A DNA stretch of 64,000 nt from assembly GCA_963727445.1 (NCBI GenBank), contig CAVSGI010000021.1:384001-448000 (forward strand), read 5' to 3'. The DNA is from an uncultured delta proteobacterium. GTDB lineage: Bacteria; Myxococcota_A; Polyangia; Polyangiales; B10-G4. Each line of letters starts with the position of its first letter. The stretch's first letter is position 1. The position numbers and the translations under genes were made by a program. The notes below the pieces were generated by a model. That model was not told the origin of the DNA. It did not search any database and saw nothing but the letters and a program-made list of their open reading frames with translations. Positions 27,929-41,216 of this stretch are shown piece after piece.

Positions 27929-29203
27929 ATGCCGTCCGAAGAGACCATGGGCCAGCTGGAGCTTCTCCACGAGCGCCTCGAGCTCGCCGCCATGACCTCC
28001 GCTCGCGGGCGCGGCATCGCCATCCTCTCCATCCGCGTCCACGAGCGCGGCATGCCGCTCGAGCCCTCTGCCGACCTCTGCGACGCATACACCACCGGCG
28101 TTCGCGAGCGGATCCAGCGCTGCCTCCGCCGGGTCGACACCCTCGCCAGCGTGGGTCCGCTTCACTTCATCGCGCTCCTCGAGCGCATCGAGAAGGGCCC
28201 CTTCGCCGTGCACGTCGCCGACGAAATCCTTTCCGGCATGCGCAACATCCAGGGCCGCGACGGAAGCGACGTGGGCCTCGTCGCCAGCGTCGGCATCAGC
28301 GTCTATCCCGACGACGCGTCGAACGTCGACGACCTGGTCCGCTACGCCGACGCCGCCTCGCACGCGGCGCAACTCGGCGGCGGAAACCTCTTCGGCTTCC
28401 ATTCGGGCGCCATGAACGAAGAAGCGAATCGACGCATCGTCGTGGAGCGCGCCCTGGTCGACGTCCTCGACCGCGACGAGCTCTCACTCAGCTACCAGCC
28501 CAAGATCGACACCCGCGACGGCAGCATCTCCGGTGTCGAAGCGCTCCTGCGGTGGCACAACGAGAAGCTCGGCCACGTCTCCCCGGCCGAGTTCATCCCG
28601 GTCCTCGAAGCCAACGGACGCATCGAGGAGATCGGGATCTGGGTGCTGCGACGCGCCTGCGAGCAGGCGGCAGAGTGGGAGCGAGAGGGACACGGCATCT
28701 CGGTGGCGGTCAACGTCTCGGCCCACCAGCTCCGTGGGGGCGACTTCGAGTCCGAGGTCCATCGCGCGCTCGAAGAGAGCGGCCTGCCGGCGGAGCGGCT
28801 CGAGCTCGAGCTCACCGAGGGCGTCCTGGTGGACAACCTCCAGGCGACCCGCGACACCCTCGAGCGCTTTCGGCGTCGTGGCGTGCGCGTCGCAGTCGAC
28901 GACTTCGGCACCGGCTATGCGTCCCTCTCCTACGTTCGTCACTTCCCGATGGACGTCCTCAAGATCGATCGCCAGTTCGTCCGCGGGCTTCCGGTCGATC
29001 AGGAGAACGCCGCCATCACCAGCGCCATCGTCGCCCTGGCCCAGAGCCTGCGCATCCAGACGGTGGCCGAGGGTGTCGAGACCGAGGCGGAGGAGGAGTT
29101 CCTCCACAGCCTCGACTGCTTCGTGGTGCAGGGTTTTCGACACGCGCGGCCGATGACCGTGAGCCAGCTGGCCGAGTGGAGAAAGGCACGCCCCTGGGCG
29201 TGA
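27929..29203 (+). CDS. Degenerate GGDEF + EAL c-di-GMP phosphodiesterase
   Basis: YQPK, EALLRW, AVNVS, ELTE, DDFGTGY, KIDR, AEGVE, QG; the GGDEF position reads GPLHF. Confidence 0.92.
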   Translation: MPSEETMGQLELLHERLELAAMTSARGRGIAILSIRVHERGMPLEPSADLCDAYTTGVRERIQRCLRRVDTLASVGPLHFIALLERIEKGPFAVHVADEILSGMRNIQGRDGSDVGLVASVGISVYPDDASNVDDLVRYADAASHAAQLGGGNLFGFHSGAMNEEANRRIVVERALVDVLDRDELSLSYQPKIDTRDGSISGVEALLRWHNEKLGHVSPAEFIPVLEANGRIEEIGIWVLRRACEQAAEWEREGHGISVAVNVSAHQLRGGDFESEVHRALEESGLPAERLELELTEGVLVDNLQATRDTLERFRRRGVRVAVDDFGTGYASLSYVRHFPMDVLKIDRQFVRGLPVDQENAAITSAIVALAQSLRIQTVAEGVETEAEEEFLHSLDCFVVQGFRHARPMTVSQLAEWRKARPWA

Positions 29204-29206
29204 CCC

Positions 29207-29692
<486 letters not shown>

Positions 29693-29721
29693 GGCGCCGG
29701 ATTATCACATGGGCGGAGCCG

Positions 29722-30765
29722 TCATGGGCGCGGTACGGCGAGATAGACCAGGAGCGGGTGATGGTCCGAGCCGTTCGCGGGCAACAAGTCGGCGTCGAGG
29801 GGCCGCACTTTGCCTCCGGCGTAGACGTGATCGATGCGCATCGACGGGATGATCGCGATCTTCGCGGGCGCGGTATGGCCGAAGCCGACGCCGGCCCAAT
29901 CCCACGCGTCGCGGAGCACGACGGCGAGTTGCTGATGAAGCGCATTGAAGGGCGTGGAGTTGAAATCGCCGGCGAGGGCGATCGGACCCGCGTCTTCCCC
30001 CCGCGCTTCGATCATCGCGAGAAGCTCCTCTTCCTGTCGTTGGTGGATCACGTAGAGCGCCGGCGTCAGCGGCGGCACGAGGTGCATGCAGTGGACTTCG
30101 AGAGGCGCGCCCTCCACGTCGACCACGGCCCGGATCTGCGGGATGTGCCCGAGCTCGTAGGTCTCGACTTCGGACAAGGGGCGCTTCGAGAGCAATGCGA
30201 TCCCGAAGGGCGAGTCTTCCGCCTCGACGTATCGGTGTGCGTACGCTTCGGTCACCACCTTTTCATCGAGGGTACGCGCCCACGCATGGGTGACCTCCTG
30301 GAGACAGAGCACATCGGCTCCGGCTGAGAGCAGAGACACGATGGTTGGGTCGTGCTGCAGGTTGTCGACGTAGAGGTTGGCGGTGACGAGCCGGAGGGGC
30401 GCGCCTTCGCCGTACGCGGGGTCGTGCGGCCAGACGTCTTCGACCACGGGGGCGCTCGCGAGCACCGCGGCGGGGATGGCGAAGAGGACCAGCACCCCCT
30501 GCCTGCCGACGAGCGCCGCGAGCGCCGACACGATCGCCGCGGCCGCGATCCACGGCAGGAGCATGTCCGCCACCGTGAGCAGCCAACTCGCGTCGGGTGC
30601 GACTTGCTGGAACAGGCCCACGGTGAGTGCGACACCGGTGACCGCCCAGGGAAGCGCCCACCAGCGGCTCTTCGGGCGATAGGGCGCGGGTTCCTTTCCA
30701 GGTTCGGGGGGCGGACGAAATCCGTCCGGCGTGTCTATACCGACGGTGCTCGGTGCCTGGTTCAC
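29722..30765 (-). CDS. Membrane-anchored endonuclease/exonuclease/phosphatase family protein
   Basis: N-terminal TM helices; VTANL, LQE, AGDFNS, RIDHVY, GSDHHPL. Confidence 0.88.
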   Translation of the reverse strand: MNQAPSTVGIDTPDGFRPPPEPGKEPAPYRPKSRWWALPWAVTGVALTVGLFQQVAPDASWLLTVADMLLPWIAAAAIVSALAALVGRQGVLVLFAIPAAVLASAPVVEDVWPHDPAYGEGAPLRLVTANLYVDNLQHDPTIVSLLSAGADVLCLQEVTHAWARTLDEKVVTEAYAHRYVEAEDSPFGIALLSKRPLSEVETYELGHIPQIRAVVDVEGAPLEVHCMHLVPPLTPALYVIHQRQEEELLAMIEARGEDAGPIALAGDFNSTPFNALHQQLAVVLRDAWDWAGVGFGHTAPAKIAIIPSMRIDHVYAGGKVRPLDADLLPANGSDHHPLLVYLAVPRP

Positions 30766-31568
30766 CCTCCGCCCGTCCGTTCGAGGTAGGCGAGGTAGAT
30801 GGCGTCCAGCACTGGAGCAGCGCGGCCTTCGATCCTGTGATGCACGAAGTCCGAGACGTCGGTCTCGCTCGGGTTGATCTCGACCGTCGGGATCCCTTTG
30901 GCCCGGGCCAGGAGCACCGGCTCGGCGATGTACGGGAAGAGGCTCGAGGTGCCGATCGAGAGCACCACGTCGAAGCCCCGCTCCAGCTCGCGGACCAGCG
31001 TTCGCACTTCGTCGTCGGGGAGCATCTCACCGAAGAGTACCGCCTCCGGCCGCAGCACGGCGCCGCACTCGGGGCACAGGGGCGGCATCGCGATCGAGGA
31101 CCAATCCTCCACCCGCGTGCGATAGGAGCAGCGCGTGCAACGGAGCCGGCGCACGTCGCCGTGGAGCTCGATCACGTTCTGGGCGCCCGCCTCGCGGTGG
31201 AATGCGTCGACGTTCTGGGTGAGCGTCCACGTCCGTGGAATGTGGCGCTCGAAGGCGGCGATCACCTCGTGGCCGCGGTTCGGTCGCGCGTCCAGAAAGG
31301 TCCGCGCGATCTGGTCGATGTACTTCCAGACGACCTCGGGCCGCTCGGCGAACATCGTGCCCGAGAGCAGGTCCTCGATGGGCAGGCCTTCCTCGGGGAC
31401 GACATCTTCGTAGAGCCCGCCGATCCCGCGGTAGGTCGGCAGCCCCGAGTCCGCGCTGATGCCGGCGCCGGTGATGAAGAGCGCGCTCTCGGCGCCGGCC
31501 AGGATCTCGGCGACGGCGCGGATTTGTTTCTCTTCGAAGCTCTCGTCCTCGTCCGACACGCCAGGCAC
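30762..31568 (-). CDS. cobB: NAD-dependent protein deacylase (sirtuin)
   Basis: TGAGISADSG, TQNVD, ELHG, two CxxC motifs, FGE, GTS, EINP. Confidence 0.92.
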   Translation of the reverse strand: MPGVSDEDESFEEKQIRAVAEILAGAESALFITGAGISADSGLPTYRGIGGLYEDVVPEEGLPIEDLLSGTMFAERPEVVWKYIDQIARTFLDARPNRGHEVIAAFERHIPRTWTLTQNVDAFHREAGAQNVIELHGDVRRLRCTRCSYRTRVEDWSSIAMPPLCPECGAVLRPEAVLFGEMLPDDEVRTLVRELERGFDVVLSIGTSSLFPYIAEPVLLARAKGIPTVEINPSETDVSDFVHHRIEGRAAPVLDAIYLAYLERTGGG

Positions 31569-31778
31569 TCAGTCCCTGAGGAGGATCTTCCTGAGCACCA
31601 CGATGCGGCGAGCGCCCTCCGCGTCGAGCTCTCCACGGGCTTCGAGGGCCTCGAGCTCGAGATACTCGGCATCGAGCGGTGGGAAGGTGTGCCGGTCGAG
31701 CTTCTTCATGTTCGCCCGGAGGAACGACTCGCAGAGCTCCAGGTATTCGAGGAAGCGCGCGTGGGTCTTGGGATCCAT
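31569..31778 (-). CDS. Small hypothetical protein (69 aa)
   Basis: Fills the gap between hisD and cobB on the same strand, with coding-like composition. Confidence 0.6.
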   Translation of the reverse strand: MDPKTHARFLEYLELCESFLRANMKKLDRHTFPPLDAEYLELEALEARGELDAEGARRIVVLRKILLRD

Positions 31779-31800
31779 TGCTAGTGCCTGGTCTCTCTGA

Positions 31801-33063
31801 CTACTTTCGCGCTTCGACGGCGCGTGCGTGTGCTTCGAGCCCTTCGAGCCGCGCGAGGGAAGTCAGGAGATCCGCCTGCCCGCGAATCGCCTCTCGCGAG
31901 TAGCGGATCATCGAGCTCCGCACGACGAAGTCGTAGACGCCGAGCGGGGAGGCGAAGCGCGCAGCCCCACCCGTCGGCAGAACGTGGCTGGGACCCGCCG
32001 CGTAATCGCCGGCCGCCTCGGGCGTGTAGTCGCCCAGAAAGACCGCGCCCGCCGAATCGATCCGCTCGAAGAGCTCTTCCGGTTCGCGCACCGCGAGGGC
32101 GAGGTGCTCCGCCGCGAGCTCGCTCGCCACCCGCGCAGCCTCTTCGAGGTCGTCCACCACGAAGCAGTGTCCCTTCTCCTTCACACTCGTGCGCGCGATC
32201 GCGACGCGCGGCAGAGCCGCGAGCTGTCGCTCGACCTCGGCGGCGATCGCTTCGGCGGCCCCCGGGCTCAACGTGATCAGGAGCGGATAGGCGTCCTCGT
32301 CGTGCTCGGCCTGCGACAGAAGATCCGCGGCGACCACCGCCGGATCCGCCGCGTCGTCCGCCACCACCAGGATCTCGCTCGGCCCGGCGATCGAATCGAT
32401 GTCGACGATGCCGAAGACCAGGCGCTTGGCGCAGGCGACGTAGATGTTCCCGGGCCCGACGATCTTGTCGACCCGCGTCACCGACTCGGTGCCGTGCGCG
32501 AGCGCGCCGATGGCCTGGGCGCCGCCGAGATCGATCACCTCGGTCACGCCGCTGATCTGCGCGGCGGCCAGGACCTCGGGCGTCGGGCGCGGCGTGGCGA
32601 GAACGATCCGCGGCACGCCGGCGACAGCCGCGGGGACCGCCGTCATCAGGACCGTCGAGGGATAGCGCGCCTTGCCTCCCGGCGCGTACACCCCAGCGGC
32701 CCGAACCGGCCGCACCCGCTGCCCCAGCGTGATCCCGTCCTCCTGGTAGCGAAAGCCGTCGTCCCGCTGGTGCTCGTGGTAGCGCCGGATCCGATCCGCC
32801 GCTTCGGACAGCCAGCTCCGGAGCTCCGCCGGCGCCGCGTCCGCCTCCTTCATCCAAGCGTCGTCGTCGAGACGGATCGGCTCCGGGCGTCGCTGCTCGA
32901 AGCGCTCGGTCAGCTCGATCAGCGCCGCGTCACCGCGCTCGCGCACGGCGGCGAGGATCTGTCGGACCTGCGGCTCGACCCGTTCGAGATCGGCGTCCCC
33001 GCGCCGGGCGAGGGTGGCGAGCGCGTCGTCGTATCGAGCCGTGCCCCGTCGGTGGATGCGCAT
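31801..33063 (-). CDS. hisD: Histidinol dehydrogenase
   Basis: GVYAPGG, YPSTVLM, GGAQAI, KIVGPGN, AGPSE, DLLSQAEH, AEHL, GDYAAGPSHVLPT. Confidence 0.97.
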   Translation of the reverse strand: MRIHRRGTARYDDALATLARRGDADLERVEPQVRQILAAVRERGDAALIELTERFEQRRPEPIRLDDDAWMKEADAAPAELRSWLSEAADRIRRYHEHQRDDGFRYQEDGITLGQRVRPVRAAGVYAPGGKARYPSTVLMTAVPAAVAGVPRIVLATPRPTPEVLAAAQISGVTEVIDLGGAQAIGALAHGTESVTRVDKIVGPGNIYVACAKRLVFGIVDIDSIAGPSEILVVADDAADPAVVAADLLSQAEHDEDAYPLLITLSPGAAEAIAAEVERQLAALPRVAIARTSVKEKGHCFVVDDLEEAARVASELAAEHLALAVREPEELFERIDSAGAVFLGDYTPEAAGDYAAGPSHVLPTGGAARFASPLGVYDFVVRSSMIRYSREAIRGQADLLTSLARLEGLEAHARAVEARK

Positions 33064-33084
33064 GGACGCGCTATCTTGGTGCCT

Positions 33085-34536
33085 TCACGGAGCGGTGTCG
33101 AGCACCGCGCCCTCGGAGCCGCGGTCCCGCTGCATGTAGGCCGTGCGCAGGCCGTCCATCTCCATGAGGATCTGCTCCCGCTCGAAGATCAGCTTCCGCA
33201 TCAGCCGCTTGTTGCTGAAGAAGAGCGTCCTGGTGACGATGCGCCCGGAGTAGCGCGCGAGCTGGCGCCGGTAGCGGATCCACCACATCCCCGCGAAGGG
33301 CAGCGACAACAGGTAGAGCGAGGTCCAGAGCCAGGAACCGGTCCCCGCGTGCACCAGCGCCCCGTAGGCGGCGTAGAAGAGCCCGTAGATCGCGGTGCCG
33401 GCGGTGATGGCGGTGATGGCGCGCATCGCCTCGTCGGGCGCGCGGAGCACCAGTCGGCGTGTGATCCGCTGGGGGACGAAGTTGTGGAAGAGCCCGAAGA
33501 ACGCGAAGGGCGCGAGCAGGACCGCGTAGAGTGTCATCTTCACCGCTTCCCGACGCGCGGAGATGGTCTTCGGCGGACGGTCGAGGAAGTCGCGACGCAG
33601 GCTCACCTGGCTCAGGTGGTCCTTGTAGCGCCGCAGTGAGCGCTTCAAACGCTCGATCGCCTCGGGCTCCTGCGCCTGGAAGTACACGACTGCGTCGGCG
33701 ATGTGCTGCTTGGCGACCATCAGATCGTCGAGGTCTTCCTTGCGCTGCGTCGCACCTTTGAGGGTGTCGAGGAGCTTGCGGCGCTGCCCCCGCACGTCCG
33801 GCATCCGCCCCATCACGTCTTCGAGGATCGTCGCCGAGTAGATCTCGGCCACGTCTTCGACCAGCTCCGCGTGGGCCAGGTCGTGGACGTGTACCGCCTC
33901 GGCGCGAATCCCCTCCTGGATGCGATCCGTCAGCTCACGCACCGCCGCGCGCTCGTCCTCTTCGTATTGCTCGCGGAGCGCGCGCGCGTCGATGGGCTCG
34001 CCGAAGCGCACCAGCACCCGGGTGAGGTAGCGGTCGCGATCCTCGAAGTTCAAACCGACCGGGATTACGCGCACGCCCAGTTGCCAATCGTTCTTCGCTT
34101 CGGCGCCAAGGGCGATCCGCGCGGTGCCCGTCTTGATTTCGCGCACGTGCCGTTCTGGAGCGTTCTGCCCCTCGGGAAAGATGCCGATCGTCCCCTTGGC
34201 CTCGAGCACCTCGTAGGCCGCGCGGAAGGCGTCCTCGTTGGCCCCTTCGGGTGCAGGGCCGTCCTGCCGTCGATAGATCGGGATCACCCCAGCGTTGTTG
34301 AAGAGCAGCGCGACCAGGGGATTGTCGAAGAGCCCGCTCCGCGCCAGGTAGCTGATGGTGCGGCTGGTCTGCGAGCCGAGCACCACCGTGTCCATGATCG
34401 AGTTCGGGTGATTGGCGGCGAAGATGACGGGTGCGTCCTCGGGGATGCGCTCGGCGCCCAGCGAACGGATGTCGACGAAGTAGAGCTCGAGGCCCAGCTT
34501 CAAGATCCGCCTCAGGCCGCGGTAGAGGAGCGCCAT
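33085..34536 (-). CDS. Lysophospholipid/glycerol-3-phosphate acyltransferase with C-terminal TM helices
   Basis: ANHPNSIMD (HxxxxD), IFPEG, KTGTARIA. Confidence 0.9.
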   Translation of the reverse strand: MALLYRGLRRILKLGLELYFVDIRSLGAERIPEDAPVIFAANHPNSIMDTVVLGSQTSRTISYLARSGLFDNPLVALLFNNAGVIPIYRRQDGPAPEGANEDAFRAAYEVLEAKGTIGIFPEGQNAPERHVREIKTGTARIALGAEAKNDWQLGVRVIPVGLNFEDRDRYLTRVLVRFGEPIDARALREQYEEDERAAVRELTDRIQEGIRAEAVHVHDLAHAELVEDVAEIYSATILEDVMGRMPDVRGQRRKLLDTLKGATQRKEDLDDLMVAKQHIADAVVYFQAQEPEAIERLKRSLRRYKDHLSQVSLRRDFLDRPPKTISARREAVKMTLYAVLLAPFAFFGLFHNFVPQRITRRLVLRAPDEAMRAITAITAGTAIYGLFYAAYGALVHAGTGSWLWTSLYLLSLPFAGMWWIRYRRQLARYSGRIVTRTLFFSNKRLMRKLIFEREQILMEMDGLRTAYMQRDRGSEGAVLDTAP

Positions 34537-34547
34537 CGATCCGAGGA

Positions 34548-36175
<1,628 letters not shown>

Positions 36176-36179
<4 letters not shown>

Positions 36180-36534
36180 TCGAAGGCGCTGTGGTTGATC
36201 AGCTCGTAGAGAGCCGTGGCCTGCTGGCCGGAAAGGGTACCGAAGCGTACACCGAAGCCCGCGGGTTCGCCGTTCGAACCGTCGTTGACCCAGCGCACCT
36301 CCGCCTCGAGCGTCATCGGTTCCCAGGCCGTCGGAGTGACGACGCTCACCAAGAGCCGGGTCCCGACCGGGGGGAGGTCTGGGATTCCACGAAGGCGCCT
36401 CCGAGACCCAGGTCCGAGGTTCGGCCCTGATGCACCAGGGTCGCCCCGTCGCTGTCCCGCTTGTACCGGATCTCCAGCGCGAGGGCCTGCCGCCGCTCGC
36501 GGCGGTGGTGGGAAGCGTCGTCTGCGTCACCCAT
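36176..36534 (-). CDS. PilZ domain protein (one frameshift in the G/C run near 36370)
   Basis: RRERR and DLGLGG motifs; after the shift PVGTRLLV...LEAEVRWV...GFGVRF...HSAFE-stop. Confidence 0.8.
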
Positions 36535-36623
36535 GGGCTCTGTGGAGAAGATACCACCAACGGCATTTGCCTCCCTCCCACCCCCATGGGGTATGGTCCC
36601 GACCTTCGTGGGGAGGACGAACC

Positions 36624-38548
<1,925 letters not shown>

Positions 38549-38628
38549 TCGACCGCGAAAGCCGTCGATTTCTCGCTGGCCGTTGACGTCCTCGGGGCGG
38601 CCTCTTCACAATCTACGAGTCCCGCTCG

Positions 38629-39552
38629 ATGTTCGGTCGCCCACAGAAGCTCCCGGTCCTGGTGGTGGCGGGGGTGTTGATCGCGCTCGCGCTGTCCCCC
38701 GCCTCCTGGTCCGTGGCCCAGGACCACAGTGTCCTGATCCGGCGCCTGTCGAATCAGCGCGCTGACTTCCGGCTTCGCGTTCAGGCGGCCTTCGCCCTCG
38801 GCAACCTTCGTGACGCGCGGGGCGTGCCCGCGCTCTCGAACGCGCTGTCGGATCAGAACCCGGCCCTGCGCGCCGCCGCGGCCACCGCCCTAGGGCGCAT
38901 CGGGTCGGCGCGCGGGCTGCCGGCCCTGCGCCGAGCGCGGCGAGACCAGTCGGCGGCGGTGCGCATGCAGGCCGAGCGCTCCATCGAGCTCATCGAGGCT
39001 GCGTCCCGCCACGCTTCCGCGCCTTCGGGCGGGCGCCGGCCGATGATCGAGATCATGCCGCCGGAGGACCGCATCCAGTGGCCGCGGGTGCGCTACGTCG
39101 TCACCCTCGGTGACATGGAGAACCGCTCCAACTTCCACGGCGACGGCCTCGAACAGACCTTGCGTGAGGAAGTGACGCGTCAGCTTCGGGTGCTTCGCGG
39201 TGTCGCCGTGCTCCAGTCCGAGATCCACCTCGACGACCGGGCGCGGCGCGAGATGCGCCGGCGCCGACTGCCGCAGCTCCGGCTCGACGGAAACATCGCC
39301 CAGGTCCGAAAGCAGCGCAGCGGGCGGGATCTTTCCGTGCGCTGCGAGATCAGCCTGATGCTCCTCGACGGGCGCCAGCGTGCGCTCCGAGGGGAGCTCC
39401 GCGGGGCCGCCACCGGGACCGAGCCGTGGCGCCGGGATCGATCGCAGCGAGCGGCGCAGGAGGAGCGTCTCGCGCAGCAGGCGCTGGCGGGCGCGGTGCG
39501 GAGCGCGATGGCCAACGCCAGTCAGGCTCTGGCCCGCGCGGCACAGCGATGA
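38629..39552 (+). CDS. Secreted HEAT-repeat protein
   Basis: Signal peptide; RVQAAFALG, LRAAAATALGRIG, VRMQAERSI. Confidence 0.82.
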   Translation: MFGRPQKLPVLVVAGVLIALALSPASWSVAQDHSVLIRRLSNQRADFRLRVQAAFALGNLRDARGVPALSNALSDQNPALRAAAATALGRIGSARGLPALRRARRDQSAAVRMQAERSIELIEAASRHASAPSGGRRPMIEIMPPEDRIQWPRVRYVVTLGDMENRSNFHGDGLEQTLREEVTRQLRVLRGVAVLQSEIHLDDRARREMRRRRLPQLRLDGNIAQVRKQRSGRDLSVRCEISLMLLDGRQRALRGELRGAATGTEPWRRDRSQRAAQEERLAQQALAGAVRSAMANASQALARAAQR

Positions 39553-39588
39553 GGGCGCCGAGCGGGCGGATCTGGTAATTTGCGCGGC

Positions 39589-40212
39589 GTGACTCGGCTC
39601 ATCGCTTCAGCCGCCCTCTTCGTGGCCATCGCCTGCACCCCCCAGGGAGACCCCGCCATCGGCGCGGACGGGTTCCGGGACGACTTCGACCGCGACAGCA
39701 TCGGCGACCTCTGGCAGAACACCGGCGGCCCCTACCAGCTCCACGACGGGATGCTCCACGTGCGCGGCGCGCGGAACAAGCCGCTGTGGCTCCGGCGCGT
39801 CCTGCCGCGCGACGCGCGCATCACCCTCGACGTTCGCAGTGACTCCCCCGACGGGGACATCAAGGTCGAGGCCTGGGGCGATGGTCACTCGCGCGCCGAG
39901 ACCGAGAGCTACACAGCCACCAGCTACGTGTTCGTCTTCGGAGGGTGGAACAACTCGACGAACATCATCGCCCGCATGGATGAGCACGGGCACGATCGCG
40001 TGGTGGGCCAGCGTCTGCCGGTGACCGAGGGGCAGACCTACCACCTGAAGATCGAGCGGCAGGGGAACACCGTCCGCTTCTTCGTCGACGACCAGGAGAT
40101 CGCGACGATGGAGGACAACGATCCCCTCGAAGGCCGCGGGCACGACCATTTTGCCTTCAACAACTGGCAATCGGACCTGTGGTTCGACAATCTGGTGATC
40201 GAGCCCCTCTGA
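39589..40212 (+). CDS. Hypothetical lipoprotein with ConA-like beta-sandwich
   Basis: Lipobox AIA-C; FRDDF, YHLKIER, VRFFVD, WFDNLVI. Confidence 0.72.
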   Translation: MTRLIASAALFVAIACTPQGDPAIGADGFRDDFDRDSIGDLWQNTGGPYQLHDGMLHVRGARNKPLWLRRVLPRDARITLDVRSDSPDGDIKVEAWGDGHSRAETESYTATSYVFVFGGWNNSTNIIARMDEHGHDRVVGQRLPVTEGQTYHLKIERQGNTVRFFVDDQEIATMEDNDPLEGRGHDHFAFNNWQSDLWFDNLVIEPL

Positions 40213-40219
40213 GCCCCGG

Positions 40220-41209
40220 ATGGACGTAGCCGAGTTCGAGAGAACCCTGGAGGATTGCGAGCTACGCCTCGACCGTCTTCGTGCGCTCTACGAACAGTAC
40301 TTCCAGGGACTCGAGCGACTCGAGCCGCTGATCCCCAAGAAGGAGCTCCATCGCCGGGTGCAGCTGCTGCGCGGTGCGGTGCCTCGCAACACGCGCCTGA
40401 GGTTCCGCTTCCAGCAGCTCGTCTCCCGGTACACGACCTACCAGACGTACTGGATGCGCGTGTCGCGGCAGATCGAAGAGGGGACCTACCGGCGCGACAT
40501 CATGAAGGCGCGCCGCAGACGCGACGACAGACGGCAGGGCGGCACCGCAGCCGAGGCTGAAAGCGCCGCAGAGGGGCTCAGCATCGAGGTCGATCTCGAC
40601 TCGATGGATCTCGAAGCGGAGGTGGCGGCGGCGAGCGCCGAAGCGGCGGCTGCGGTCGAACGGCGCCTCGTCCCACAGGACGACGTGCTCGCGGCCATCG
40701 ACAATCTCGGCTCTCGCAGCAAGAGCCCTGAAGGCGGCCCGACCAACTCACCCTCGCTCTCTCCTTATGCGGGGCGTCCGCTGACGCCGCTCTTGACCAC
40801 CCCGCCCAAGAGGAGCGTGAGCGCGCCCAAGATCTCGGATCCCCCGAGCAAGACCTTTCCCAAACCGATGGCGCGATCGGCGCCCGCCACCGGCACCCAC
40901 CCGAAGCCCCCGCCCGCCCCCGGCACGCCCCCACGCCGGCCCGCGGTGGTCTCCCGGCGGCCCTCTTCACCACCCGGCGCGAAGGTGGTCGGCGGCCCCG
41001 ACGACGAGGGCATGCGCAAGGTTTACAAGCGTTACGTGGAAGCGCGCGCTCGCAACAACGAACGCGTGGACAACGTCCGCTTCGAGAGCGTCAAGAAGAG
41101 CATCGAGGCCCAGATGCCCAAGCTCCGCCAGAAGCACAAAGGCAAGAAGATCGACTTCGAGGTCGTGATCCGCAACGGCAAGGTAGGTCTGAAGCCGGTT
41201 CCCAAATAG
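40220..41209 (+). CDS. MXAN_5187 C-terminal domain-containing protein
   Basis: LYEQYFQGLERLEP...LRFRFQQL...YW N-domain, Pro-rich linker, C-terminal IDFEVVIRNGKVGLK; family recognised from memory, no search run. Confidence 0.75.
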   Translation: MDVAEFERTLEDCELRLDRLRALYEQYFQGLERLEPLIPKKELHRRVQLLRGAVPRNTRLRFRFQQLVSRYTTYQTYWMRVSRQIEEGTYRRDIMKARRRRDDRRQGGTAAEAESAAEGLSIEVDLDSMDLEAEVAAASAEAAAAVERRLVPQDDVLAAIDNLGSRSKSPEGGPTNSPSLSPYAGRPLTPLLTTPPKRSVSAPKISDPPSKTFPKPMARSAPATGTHPKPPPAPGTPPRRPAVVSRRPSSPPGAKVVGGPDDEGMRKVYKRYVEARARNNERVDNVRFESVKKSIEAQMPKLRQKHKGKKIDFEVVIRNGKVGLKPVPK

Positions 41210-41216
41210 GCGTCTG

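Noticed and set aside
36365..36380. Programmed or phase-variable frameshift in pilZ
   Set aside because: The homopolymer is short and the assembly has many unrelated indels, so a sequencing error is the simpler explanation.
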